Shown here piece by piece: positions 26,460 through 36,663 of a stretch of 64,000 nt of DNA. Source of the DNA: Schmidtea polychroa. Lineage: Eukaryota. The translations under genes were made by a program, and so were the position numbers. The notes under the pieces were generated by a model that did not search any database, had not been told where the DNA came from, and saw only the letters and a list, made by a program, of their open reading frames with translations. The stretch spans positions 14,696,001 through 14,760,000 of the forward strand of contig CM097885.1 of the NCBI GenBank assembly GCA_044892525.1, read 5' to 3'. Within the stretch, counting starts at the first letter, position 1. Each line of letters starts with the position of its first letter.

Positions 26460-26687
26460 ATGGGTGCTAATCCTTCATTACCAGACATTAAATTTAATAT
26501 TAAATCTTCTTGTTGTAATGGAGAAGATTTGGACGAACCCCGAAGACGAAGCCGGTTTCGGTGGAGTGGCAAAATTAAACAAAAGAGTTCCGAATTCGAA
26601 AAAGGAAACCCAGAAGTGGTTATCAGACCAGCTTGCGTACAGTTTGAACAAACCAATGCAGAAACGATTCCCAACAAGAGTATATAA
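26460..26687 (+). CDS. small ORF overprinted on the integrase 5' end, with N-myristoylation motif
   Basis: MGANPS..SSCC. Starts 3 nt after the upstream stop codon. Confidence 0.45.
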   Translation: MGANPSLPDIKFNIKSSCCNGEDLDEPRRRSRFRWSGKIKQKSSEFEKGNPEVVIRPACVQFEQTNAETIPNKSI

Positions 26688-26903
26688 AACATGGAATAAA
26701 TGATTTATGGCAAATGGATTTGATGGAGATGATACCCTATTCGAAAATTAACAATGGGTATAAATATATTTTAACATGTATTGATGTATTCAGTCGGTTT
26801 GCCCGAGCAATACCCGTCAAGTCAAAATCTGCAGATGAAATGTCTAAAGCTGTTAATGATTTATTTAAAGATGGACATCCTAATAACTTGCAAACGGATT
26901 TAG

Positions 26904-26947
<44 letters not shown>

Positions 26948-27577
26948 TTAGGTAAAGAATTCTACAACAGTAAAGTCAAGCAAATCCTCAATAAATTGAA
27001 AATAAACCATTACTCAGTACATTCTCAATACAAAGCTGCTCATGTTGAAAGATTTAACCGAACATTGAGAGATAGATTAAAGAAATTATTCGTGCATCAA
27101 GGTAATAAAAAATGGGTACTGGTTTTACCAAAAATAATAACCAGTTATAATCATTCATCACATCGAGGACTGAATGGATTAAGACCGATTTATTTCACTT
27201 CAAAAACAATCTATTCTAAAAAACCTGTAAAAATTACAAAACCGAAATATAAAGTAGGTGACCATGTTAGAATTATTAAAATTAGTGCATCACCATTTAT
27301 TAAAAATTTCGATACAAATTGGAGTGATGAAGTCTTTATAATTTCAAAAATAAATACTAGCCAGAGTCCTGTAATGTATGTTATCAGTGATTATGATAAC
27401 AATATTGTACAAGGAAAATTTTATGAGCAAGAATTACAAGTTATTCCTCCTCCAAAAGTATTTAGAATTCAAAAGATATTGAAAACTAAAAAGGTCGGCA
27501 AGGATAAACAATACTATGTCAAATGGCATGGTTATCAAAACCCATCATGGATATCAGAAAAGGATCTAGTAAAGTGA
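26518..27577 (+). CDS. int: retroviral-like (rve) integrase with C-terminal chromodomain; frameshift ~26690; intron 26904-26951
   Basis: MEKIWTNP..GFGG, DLWQMDL, CIDVFSR, QTDLG/KEF, ERFNRTL, KYKVGD.VR, and chromodomain YYVKWHGY..SW. Confidence 0.92.
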
Positions 27578-28590
27578 ATTTTTATACTATTTTACCAAGC
27601 AATAGTTGCCCGCTTATTCATCCAGATAATCAAGCCAGTAAATTCATGGTCAATCTCCAGAATCCGATTTCTTTAAATGGTGACTGGGAAGTTGCACTGC
27701 AAGATTTTACATTCGTGTACAATACATTCCCATTTTATAGTCAATGTAAGATTGATTTCAAAAGGAATGCTATGAAAACATGTAGTGGTATCTTTATTAT
27801 CAGTAATTATGATAAAACATATCATATTCCGAATCAAATATTATATCCGCATTGCTCTATGTTTTACAAGGATGGATTAAATATCAGTTGTGATTTTAAA
27901 CCATTTACAATAACATTCGAATATATTGAAGATGCCAAACGATTGGGTTGCAATAAGTTGAAAAATGAAATTATGGAAACAGAATATTTATTACGCTTTA
28001 ATCTATTTGAAGCAAACAGTGTAATGAGAGAAGAAATCAAAATATCAGTGTCGTATAATAATGAAGTTGAAGAATCATTCACCTTTGCTGATGAATTATA
28101 TATTGATAAACTTGATGTGTTACTTAAATATTTAAAGTACAATTGTTCACACATATTTCAAAGTTTGGACATTGTTAAAGATTTGTTATTTACATTCAGT
28201 TTGAATGATGATATTTGCGAAGTTACATTTGATAAAAATTTGACAAATACACTTGGATTAGAGAAGCAGCAATATCGGGAAAAATCGGCTGGTATACGTA
28301 AACCAAGAATACTTGAACATCATCAACAAATGTTCATATATACTAATATTATTGAGCCTATAATTGTTGGTGATTCCAGTGTTCCTCTATTGAAATCGGT
28401 GTGGATTGGAAAATATGAACATGATGAAGTTGTCAATATAAATATAGATAATCCCATGTATTTACCAATTTCAAGCTCATGTATAAACAATATAGAAATA
28501 AATATTCGTGACGATAGTGGAAAACTTATAAACTTCCCAAAAGAATCAAAAACTCATTTGACACTGCATTTTCGTAAAGTAGTTGGCTAA
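27547..28590 (+). CDS. minor capsid protein (penton-like)
   Basis: N-terminal FYTILPSNS..N.AS.F...L..PI.L.GDWEVAL and C-terminal IYTNIIEP.IVGD..VPLL..LHF, typical of Polinton minor capsids. Confidence 0.85.
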   Translation: MDIRKGSSKVNFYTILPSNSCPLIHPDNQASKFMVNLQNPISLNGDWEVALQDFTFVYNTFPFYSQCKIDFKRNAMKTCSGIFIISNYDKTYHIPNQILYPHCSMFYKDGLNISCDFKPFTITFEYIEDAKRLGCNKLKNEIMETEYLLRFNLFEANSVMREEIKISVSYNNEVEESFTFADELYIDKLDVLLKYLKYNCSHIFQSLDIVKDLLFTFSLNDDICEVTFDKNLTNTLGLEKQQYREKSAGIRKPRILEHHQQMFIYTNIIEPIIVGDSSVPLLKSVWIGKYEHDEVVNINIDNPMYLPISSSCINNIEINIRDDSGKLINFPKESKTHLTLHFRKVVG

Positions 28591-28945
28591 TTCCGATATT
28601 ATTAGTATGTATAGTGATAGCCAATCTGGCGGTGAATTACCATATTTTATTGGTAAACAGTACGGATCAGGTTGGTTGAGAACAATTGGGAGATTTGCAC
28701 TTCCTATTCTTAAACGTATTGGTAGTTTTGGTATGAAAACTGCAAAAGATGTGATTATGAATGAACAGAAAATATTAGCATCCCTAAAAACAAATGCTTT
28801 AGCTGAGTTAGGTAAGGTTCTGCCTGGAGTTGCTGGTATGTTTCAAAAAGATGAGCCCCCAGTCCCAACTGCAAAACGTAAAGGACATGGAATATCACGT
28901 ATAAACAAACGAATGAAAGGACATGGAACTATATTTGCAAAATGA
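28583..28945 (+). CDS. pVI/cupiennin-like membrane-active virion protein precursor
   Basis: QSGG and QYGSG cleavage-like sites followed by the amphipathic WLRTIGRFALPILKRIG. Lies between the minor and major capsid genes. Confidence 0.65.
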   Translation: MANSDIISMYSDSQSGGELPYFIGKQYGSGWLRTIGRFALPILKRIGSFGMKTAKDVIMNEQKILASLKTNALAELGKVLPGVAGMFQKDEPPVPTAKRKGHGISRINKRMKGHGTIFAK

Positions 28946-30165
28946 TTTGTGGTAAATCCGAATTATGTATATTTGATAGACCGTCGCTCCAGGCTGTAAT
29001 AGAATTTGGGGCCTTTGAGGAAGTTTTTCCTATGAATTCAATTACCGATAGTAGAAATGATATCGAGTTTTATATTAATGGTTCGCAAACTGAATATTTA
29101 GATTTGAACGATACTTTATTGACTGTTCAGATCAAGGTTGTAGATAAAGATAGAAAAGTTTTAGATGCCAATGCGGATGTATTACCAAACAATTTCATGT
29201 TTCATACTCTGTTTAAAGATGCAGTGTTGGGATTTAATAATATCAAGATTGAGGGCGGAAATAATACATTCATTCACAAGGCTTTGATAGAAACTATTTT
29301 AAATTACAATTCCGATACTAAAAATACCTGTCTTACACCTATGGGTTATGCAGCAACAGATGATGAAAGAAAAAAGTGGGTTAAAGGCTCAAAATCATTC
29401 ACTATGTGCTCATCATTACAACTTGATTTTATGGATCAACCGAAATATTTGCTACCAGGAGTTAATGTACACATTAGATTGAAAAGGTCCGATTCTGCAT
29501 TATCTCTTACTAGTGCAACTGGTGCACCAATATGCCAATTAGTTGATGCAAAATTATTGGTGAGAAGAGTTCGAGTAGACCCGTCAGTATTAGCTGGTCA
29601 TCAATTGGGTCTTAATTCAAAACATGCAATTTATCCTTTAAAAACAAAGGAAATTGTACAATTTGCTATTGCTAAAGGTGCTTCATCATTCTATAAAGAA
29701 CAAATATTTGGTGACAGAAGAATGCCTAATTTTATTCTGGTAACATTTCAAAGTGAAACGCAATATAATGGATCTTATACTGCTTCCAGCTCAATTTTCA
29801 AAAATTTTGGTGTTACTTCATTGACTTTGTCGAAAAATACTTATTATAGAGAAACATATACTCAAGATTTCGAAAGCGATAATTACTGTGCGACATATAT
29901 GCAGAGTATTGTTAGAAATCTGGGTTACTTAGATAAAAACTTGAATTGTGGAATAACTCTAGAAGAATTTAAAAGCAAATATCCATTTTTCACATTTGTT
30001 TTAGCTCCGGATTTTGATTTAAATCAGAGTCAACTACCACAAAACGGGAATTTACGACTGGATATTAAGTTTGCAAAGGCCATTACTGAACCGGTACATG
30101 TTATAATATATGGAGTATTTGAAAATGAAGTTCAAATTACTGCAAATAGAACTGTGCTAGTATAA
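28942..30165 (+). CDS. major capsid protein (double jelly-roll, hexon-like)
   Basis: KSELCIF, IEF.I.G...EYLDL..T.L, HTLF, QPKYLLPGV, GNLRLDIKFA. Overlaps the upstream gene at ATGA. Confidence 0.9.
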   Translation: MICGKSELCIFDRPSLQAVIEFGAFEEVFPMNSITDSRNDIEFYINGSQTEYLDLNDTLLTVQIKVVDKDRKVLDANADVLPNNFMFHTLFKDAVLGFNNIKIEGGNNTFIHKALIETILNYNSDTKNTCLTPMGYAATDDERKKWVKGSKSFTMCSSLQLDFMDQPKYLLPGVNVHIRLKRSDSALSLTSATGAPICQLVDAKLLVRRVRVDPSVLAGHQLGLNSKHAIYPLKTKEIVQFAIAKGASSFYKEQIFGDRRMPNFILVTFQSETQYNGSYTASSSIFKNFGVTSLTLSKNTYYRETYTQDFESDNYCATYMQSIVRNLGYLDKNLNCGITLEEFKSKYPFFTFVLAPDFDLNQSQLPQNGNLRLDIKFAKAITEPVHVIIYGVFENEVQITANRTVLV

Positions 30166-30576
30166 ATGTATACAGAAACACAAAAAGTTGTCATGGAGTA
30201 AGTTTTTGATACTGTTTAATTTTATTAAAGTAGTTCTGTTCAGGTTAATCGAATTGGAAAACAAATATTAGGAAATGAATTTATAGGTGTTTTTCCTCTC
30301 GATAAAATTCCTTATTTGAGCAATAATCAAGCCATAATCGTCAATACTCATTCATCTCATCTTGGTGGAGAACATTGGATAGCTATATATGTGAAACCTA
30401 GTAATATATTCGTATTCGATCCTATGGGTTTCTATTATCCTGCTTTGTTGATATCAAAACTTCAAACAATTGGGAAACCTATTGTATATAATAAAACTAT
30501 GTTTCAAAATCCATTGACTCAAACATGTGGTCAACACTGTTTGGCATGGTTGTTGTATAAAAAATTTGATGGTTAA
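30166..30576 (+). CDS. adenain-like cysteine protease (probable 33-nt intron 30198-30230)
   Basis: FIGVFPLD, IVNT..GEHW, FDPMG, Q...TQTCGQHC catalytic motifs. The ATG directly follows the capsid stop, and splicing removes an in-frame TAA. Confidence 0.85.
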
Positions 30577-30934
30577 TAAATGTATACTGTATGATTTTTA
30601 TTTGTTGACTATTTTAATTATTTGTTAAATATTGTTAAATATTATTATTTGTTAAATATTATTATTTTATGTTTAAAATTTTATGTTTAAAAATATTATG
30701 TAATACTATTACATGTTCAGTGCATGCACAGTGCAAAGTAACAAAGCACTGAGTAATAAAGACATGTAAAGGTCATTATTTCGTCATGGTTTGTATAAAC
30801 AAACATGTATTGTCTTTTCCTATCCTATCTCTATTTTCATTGGTCGGTTAATAAAACCTGTAATATCTCTCTTATATAGTCTACACTTTCATTTTTTCAT
30901 CACTTTTAAAAATCTATTAATAATATTTAACAAC

Positions 30935-31273
30935 ATGAACAACAACAACAACAATATTCAAAGAGTTGACGGAAAGATCGTTGGAGGAATTAATGGTAAA
31001 TTTATTATTTTATTATTTTATTATTTTTAATATGATTATTAGGTACTAATCAACAAATTAAAATGAATATCGACGGACAAGCTGTAGACATGAATAGAAT
31101 AAATGGTAATAGTTTACTATTATAATCATTATTATTTTTATTATGCTTTTAGATGGAAATGTAATAAATACTTCTGCTGGTTCTGATGCTGGAAAATTTC
31201 TTTCGAAAGGACGAAAATGTAAGTATTTATTTATTGTTATAAGTTTTTGAGGTTTTTAAGTTCTTTAAACAAT

Positions 31274-31315
<42 letters not shown>

Positions 31316-31962
31316 TAAAAGAAGATTATAAAGAAACTTATGAAAAGAAGATTTATTCATGAAAAGAAGATATTTTAAAAGAAGATTTATTTATAATGAT
31401 TTTGAAAGGAATATTTATGAAAAGAAGATTTATTCATGAAAAGAAGATTTATTTATGATGATTTTGAAAAGAAGATTTATTTATTTATTTATGATGATTT
31501 TGAAAAGAAGATTTATTAAATATGATGATTTTGAACATTATAATTAATAACTTTTATATATTATTTATGAAAACGAATTAAATTATATATTTTATAATAT
31601 TTTTTATAATATTTTTTATAAGATACTATTTAAAAGACAATTTTGAATAATATCTTACGAAAAATATCTTAAACTTTAAAAATGATTATTATCTTAATAT
31701 TTTTTAAACATTTTATGATAAAAATATTTTCATAGGTTTGAAATACCAAAACTTTTGCAATAGTAAATATCATAATGACTGCGATGATATAATGGAAAGA
31801 TATTATAGTCATAAATATAACGGTGTCACCTACATCCTATGCCCTAAATGTGAGGTTATTGAAGTTATAACGTATAAGGAATTTTATAATAAGCATAGAC
31901 TCCATCTCCAACAATTTAAACCTTCTAAGAAGTCTCTTTTCTATAGCTTATATGAATCGTTT

Positions 31963-32023
<61 letters not shown>

Positions 32024-35000
32024 TCAACAGCAATAATAATAATATCAACAGCAATAATAATAATAATATCAACAACAATAATAATAATAATATCAACAGC
32101 AATAATAATATCAACAACAACAATAATAATAATATCAACAGCAATAATAATAATAATATCAACAACAATAATAATAATATCACCAACAATAATACTAACA
32201 ACACCAATAATAATGATATAAACGAAATAACTAAACTAAAAGATCAAGTAAATAAATTAAATGATCAAATAAATAATCTAATTAATATGAATAAAAGAAA
32301 AAATAATGAAAAAATAAATTCAATACCAAGTAAAAAATCTAAAGTTATTGATGTAATTACAATAAGTGATGATGAAATAATCAACATAAGTGATGATGAA
32401 ATTGATAATAGTAGTAGTAGTAGTAATATTTATTATAATAATGGTAATAATAATAATTATAATAATATTAATCAAATAGGTTATGGTGTCGTAGATGTCA
32501 CCAGTGATTTAAATAATAATCATATTATATTAAAAATGGACGTTTCGTCTTTAGATTTAAAAACGGTCTCTGTACCAGACATTTTAATAAATAAATTAAA
32601 ATTATATGTAAATAAATTAAAATTATATGTAAATAAATTAAAATCATGTAAAATTCAATTTTGTCTAAAGGTGGAATTTATAAAAGATGATGAGTTACAA
32701 TCTTTTGTAATCTCGAATTCCGCCCGAGTTTGGAGCGATACATTCATTGACGAAGGTATTGCTCGTTTAAATGAAAAAATTATTAAAATTAATGAGAAAG
32801 GTAGTAATTGGACTATCAATAAAATAGAATACATAAGCTTTGTTCTGACTAAATTTGCTGAAATAAGTCGGTTAAGTGGTAGAAGTTTTATTGAAACCCC
32901 AAAATCTTTAAGAAACTTAAGCTGTCTCGTTAATGTAGTTAATAATGACCACTTCTGTTTTTTGTATAGTTTCTTGTCAATTATTAAATATGATAGTATA
33001 AATAGGCAATATAGAAATCGCCCTAATTCATACAATCTTTCTGAAATTAAATTTGATCCTAATGATATGCCGATGAAACTATCAAATATAAGTAAATTTG
33101 AACAACAAAATCCAGGTTATAGTATAAATGTTCTTACTTATAACGAAAAGGCTTTGATTGACATTTCCGATGAAGATGCAGTTATGAAACATCCCTTTAT
33201 TGATATAATATACAGGAGTAAGATAGTAGGAGCCATACCTATCAATTTATTATTAATTGAAAAGAATGATAATTATCATTATCTTGGAATCACAGACCTA
33301 AATAGATTCCTTAATTGTAGGAATAGTTCAATCACTCCTGTTAGGATTTGTAGTCAGTGGTGCCCTAGATGTTTAAACGGTTTTAGAAATGATGACGCTT
33401 TTAATAGACATAAGGGTCTTTGCGATAAAAATCAGCTTGGTACTACCTTGTACACATTGCCTAAAAATAAATATTTAGAATTTACTGATTGGAGTAAAAC
33501 AGTCACTCCTCCCTTTGTTATTTACGCTGACTTTGAGGCTATCTTACCTAAAGACACTCGCTACTTTCAACGTCATCTGCCTATTTCTGCCGGTATGCTT
33601 TTTATTAATAATTTTACGGGCGTAAAAATTTATAAGTCGTTCACCGGTTTAGATTGTGTCGATCAATTTCTTACTGAAATTGAAATGATAGGGAAATATA
33701 TTGTAACTCCTTATTATTATAAAAATTATCAAAAGAAAATGATAATTACAGATGAGCAACAATTAATGTTTGAAAACAGCACATCATGCTATTTGTGCAA
33801 TAAGCCTTTAGTTAGTCCAGTTAGGGACCATGATCATTTTACAGGTCTATATCTCGGTGCCGCTTGTACAACTTGTAATCTGTCGAGGCAAATTAGACAT
33901 ACCCTTCCTGTAGTATTTCATAATTTAAAGGGTTATGATCTGCATCATATCTTGAAATTTGGCCTTTCAAAATATCATTCATGGAATATTAGTTGTATTC
34001 CTTTAACCAGCGAGAAATTCCTTAGTCTTTTTGCTAGGATTGACTCATTAACTGTTAAATTTATAGACTCTTATCAATTTGTCAGCGAGTCTTTAAATAA
34101 TGCTGTCAAAACTTTATCATCTTTACCCTTGACCGAATCAGAATTTCAGGGTACAATAATAACTGCAAAGGGGATTTTTCCTTATGATGCCGCAACTTCA
34201 TTAGAGGTTTTACATAACACTCGTCAGTTACCTCCTATTTGGAAAGATGTGACTCCCGCTGAATATGAGACAGCTCAGTGAATTTGGGTTGAAACTTCAT
34301 GTACTTCACTTTTCGATTACATGATGGTTTATTTAAAACTTGATGTTTTCCTTTTAGCCGATTTTTTCCAGCAATTTAGAGCTAAGTCCATTGCTCATAA
34401 TCGACTAGAGCCATTAAATTTCTTAGGGATTCCAGGTATGTTTTGGAATTCAGCCTTATTAACTTTAAACTCTCCAATTGAGCTCCTCACCGATATGGAG
34501 ATGTATAACTTTTTCGAGGGCGGTATCCGTGGCGGACTAACTTTTGTAAATAAACATTATGTAAAAACAGACCCGGATACCGCATTGCTTTACATAGATA
34601 TAAATAATTTATACGGTTGGGCTTTAAGTCAACCATTACCTTGCAGTGACTTTGAATGGGCTACTGATGATAATTTATTAAATAATATAATTGTTGAATG
34701 CACAACGGTAGATTTAGATCTGCTTGATTATGGTTATACCATAGAAGTGGATTTAGAAATACCGACGTCAATTCACGACAAACTGGACGATCTTCCCGTT
34801 GCCGCTGAAAAGATGTGTGTACCGGGTTCGAAAATAGAGAAGCTGTTGCTTACACACAGCCCCAAGAGGAACTATGTTCTTCATTGGAGGCTTCTACAAA
34901 TATTTATTAAATTAGGTGTTAAAATATCAAAAACACATAGAGCAATTAAATTTAAACAAGATAAAATTTTCAAAAATTATATTAACACAAATACGGCGTT

Positions 35001-35919
35001 ACGAGCAGCGTCGACAAATAAACTCGATTAAAATTTTTATAAATTATTAAACAACAGTCTTTATGGCAAGACTGTTGAAAATCTTAAAAAACGTATTAAT
35101 TTACGTCTGTGTAATTCTTCACAGAGATTATTAACATTCTGTTCGAAACCGACTTTTCGTAAATCCACGAAAATCGATGATGACTTGATTTCGGTTTTAT
35201 TGAGGAAGGACATAGTGTGTTTGAATAGACCTAGTTACATTGGTCAAACCGTACTTGATTTATCCAAACTCAGGATGTACCAGCTGCAGTATGAAGAGTT
35301 GCAAAAATATCGCGATGAATTCAACTGCGAAATTAATATCGTTGCTGGAGACACAGATTCCTTCTTCTTGGAAATTAAACATTGTAGTCTTGACATTCTT
35401 TTACCTGCGATGATTAGAGATCAATTATTAGATACTTCGAATTATGACCCAAATCATCCTTTATATAGTAGGAACCTTGATTCTGTCATTGGTAAATTCA
35501 AAGACGAGAATAAAGGGTTATTATATAAAGATTGGGTGTTCTTGAGACCTAAATGTTACATTTTGATGGGTGTTGAGGAAAGTATGAAGGCTAAGGGGAT
35601 AAGTATGAAAGATACTGGACTAACACATCAGTCGTATCTAGATTGTTATTTAAATGATAAAATATACACAGTCCCTCAGTTTAGAATAACGTCAAAAAAT
35701 CACCAACTTTTTAGTATTAAAAATAATAAAAGAGCCTTGACATGTAGAGATGATAAGCGAAATTGGGTGGATAAAAATCAAAGTTTGGCATATGGCCATT
35801 ATAGGGGCGGTGACACCGGTATATTTATAGATTCAACGGAAGCTATCTCAGCAGATGATACAGATGATTTCCATGATCCAGCAGATGATAATTATTTTGG
35901 ACATGATTATTTTCGATGA
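30935..35919 (+). pseudogene. polB: protein-primed family B DNA polymerase, copy 2; 4 exons; two nonsense codons (34279, 35029)
   Basis: Exons 30935-30995, 31043-31105, 31153-31218 and 31736-35919 are joined by phase-1 GT-AG introns. The ORFs at 31738, 34321 and 35185 share one frame. Same exo and pol motifs as copy 1, plus a poly-Asn tract. Confidence 0.92.
31316..31535. repeat. minisatellite (gaaaagaagatttatt) inside the long PolB2 intron
   Basis: Repeated aaagaagattt units. Confidence 0.75.
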
Positions 35920-36663
35920 TGTGTTTAAATTATTTAACAAATGTATTAGTCATATTGTCTTGAATATTTTTTAACAGTAACTTTGTGAACAATTTTTATA
36001 CATTGTGTGTAATAATAATATGTTAAAGTTTTGTTAGTTACCTTTATGACCTTTACCCAGTGTGTTAATAAATTTTAGTGTATATTTAAAGTATAATTTC
36101 TTTGTTAATGTCTTGAATATTTTTAGCAGTACATTTGTGACCTTTACCTTTGTGACCTTTACTTTTGTGAGCAGTACCCATAATAATAATAATAATAATA
36201 ATAAATTTAGAAAATGTGTGTTTTATTACATTGTTTAATAATACCCTTGCGAGTTGTTGAGCGTGACAAGTACCCTTGTGAGCAGTACCCATAAGGGGAC
36301 AGAATATTTTGTCGGATAGACTCGGAGTATATAGATTAATAATAATATATCAATAGCTATCGATGAGAACACTAACTTGTTGCGTGTGTGGACACTAATA
36401 ATATTTTTTATACCTTGTGTGTGTGACAGAATATCTTGTCTGATAGACTATATTGTGTGTAATAATAATTTTGACAACTTTTTCGTCAAAATAAGTTTTT
36501 TAAAATACTTAATATATTTAATGATTAAAATATAATAAATTTTAAAATACCGCAACGTAATATATTTTTTTAAAAATTTTTAAAAAATTAAAAAAAAATA
36601 CCCCCCTCCCCCGGGGGTATGACGTCATATGTCTTTGTTCCCGGGTCCACACAATACCCTACT

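Larger units (their letters stand above)
18665..36663 (+). mobile_element. Maverick/Polinton (adintovirus-like endogenous virus); right terminus present, left terminus not found
   Basis: pPolB, ATPase, integrase, minor and major capsid and adenain-like protease in one cluster. Terminus ...gggtccacacaataccctact (reverse complement starts AGTAG) at 36663. Confidence 0.95.

Noticed and set aside
31941..32221. Poly-Leu and poly-Ile ORFs
   Set aside because: Alternative-frame readings of the AAT/AAC poly-Asn tract in PolB2.
34279..35031. Stop-codon reassignment or readthrough in the PolB genes
   Set aside because: The interrupting stops are of all three types (TAG, TGA, TAA), the host genes use the standard code, and the integrase also has a frameshift. 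Ordinary decay explains this.
7721..36663. One giant 29-kb Maverick bounded by the termini at 7721 and 36663
   Set aside because: The termini differ at 7 of the first 45 nt and diverge beyond that. The flanks (catcat vs tttgcg) are not a TSD, and the left flank is not Gypsy pol.
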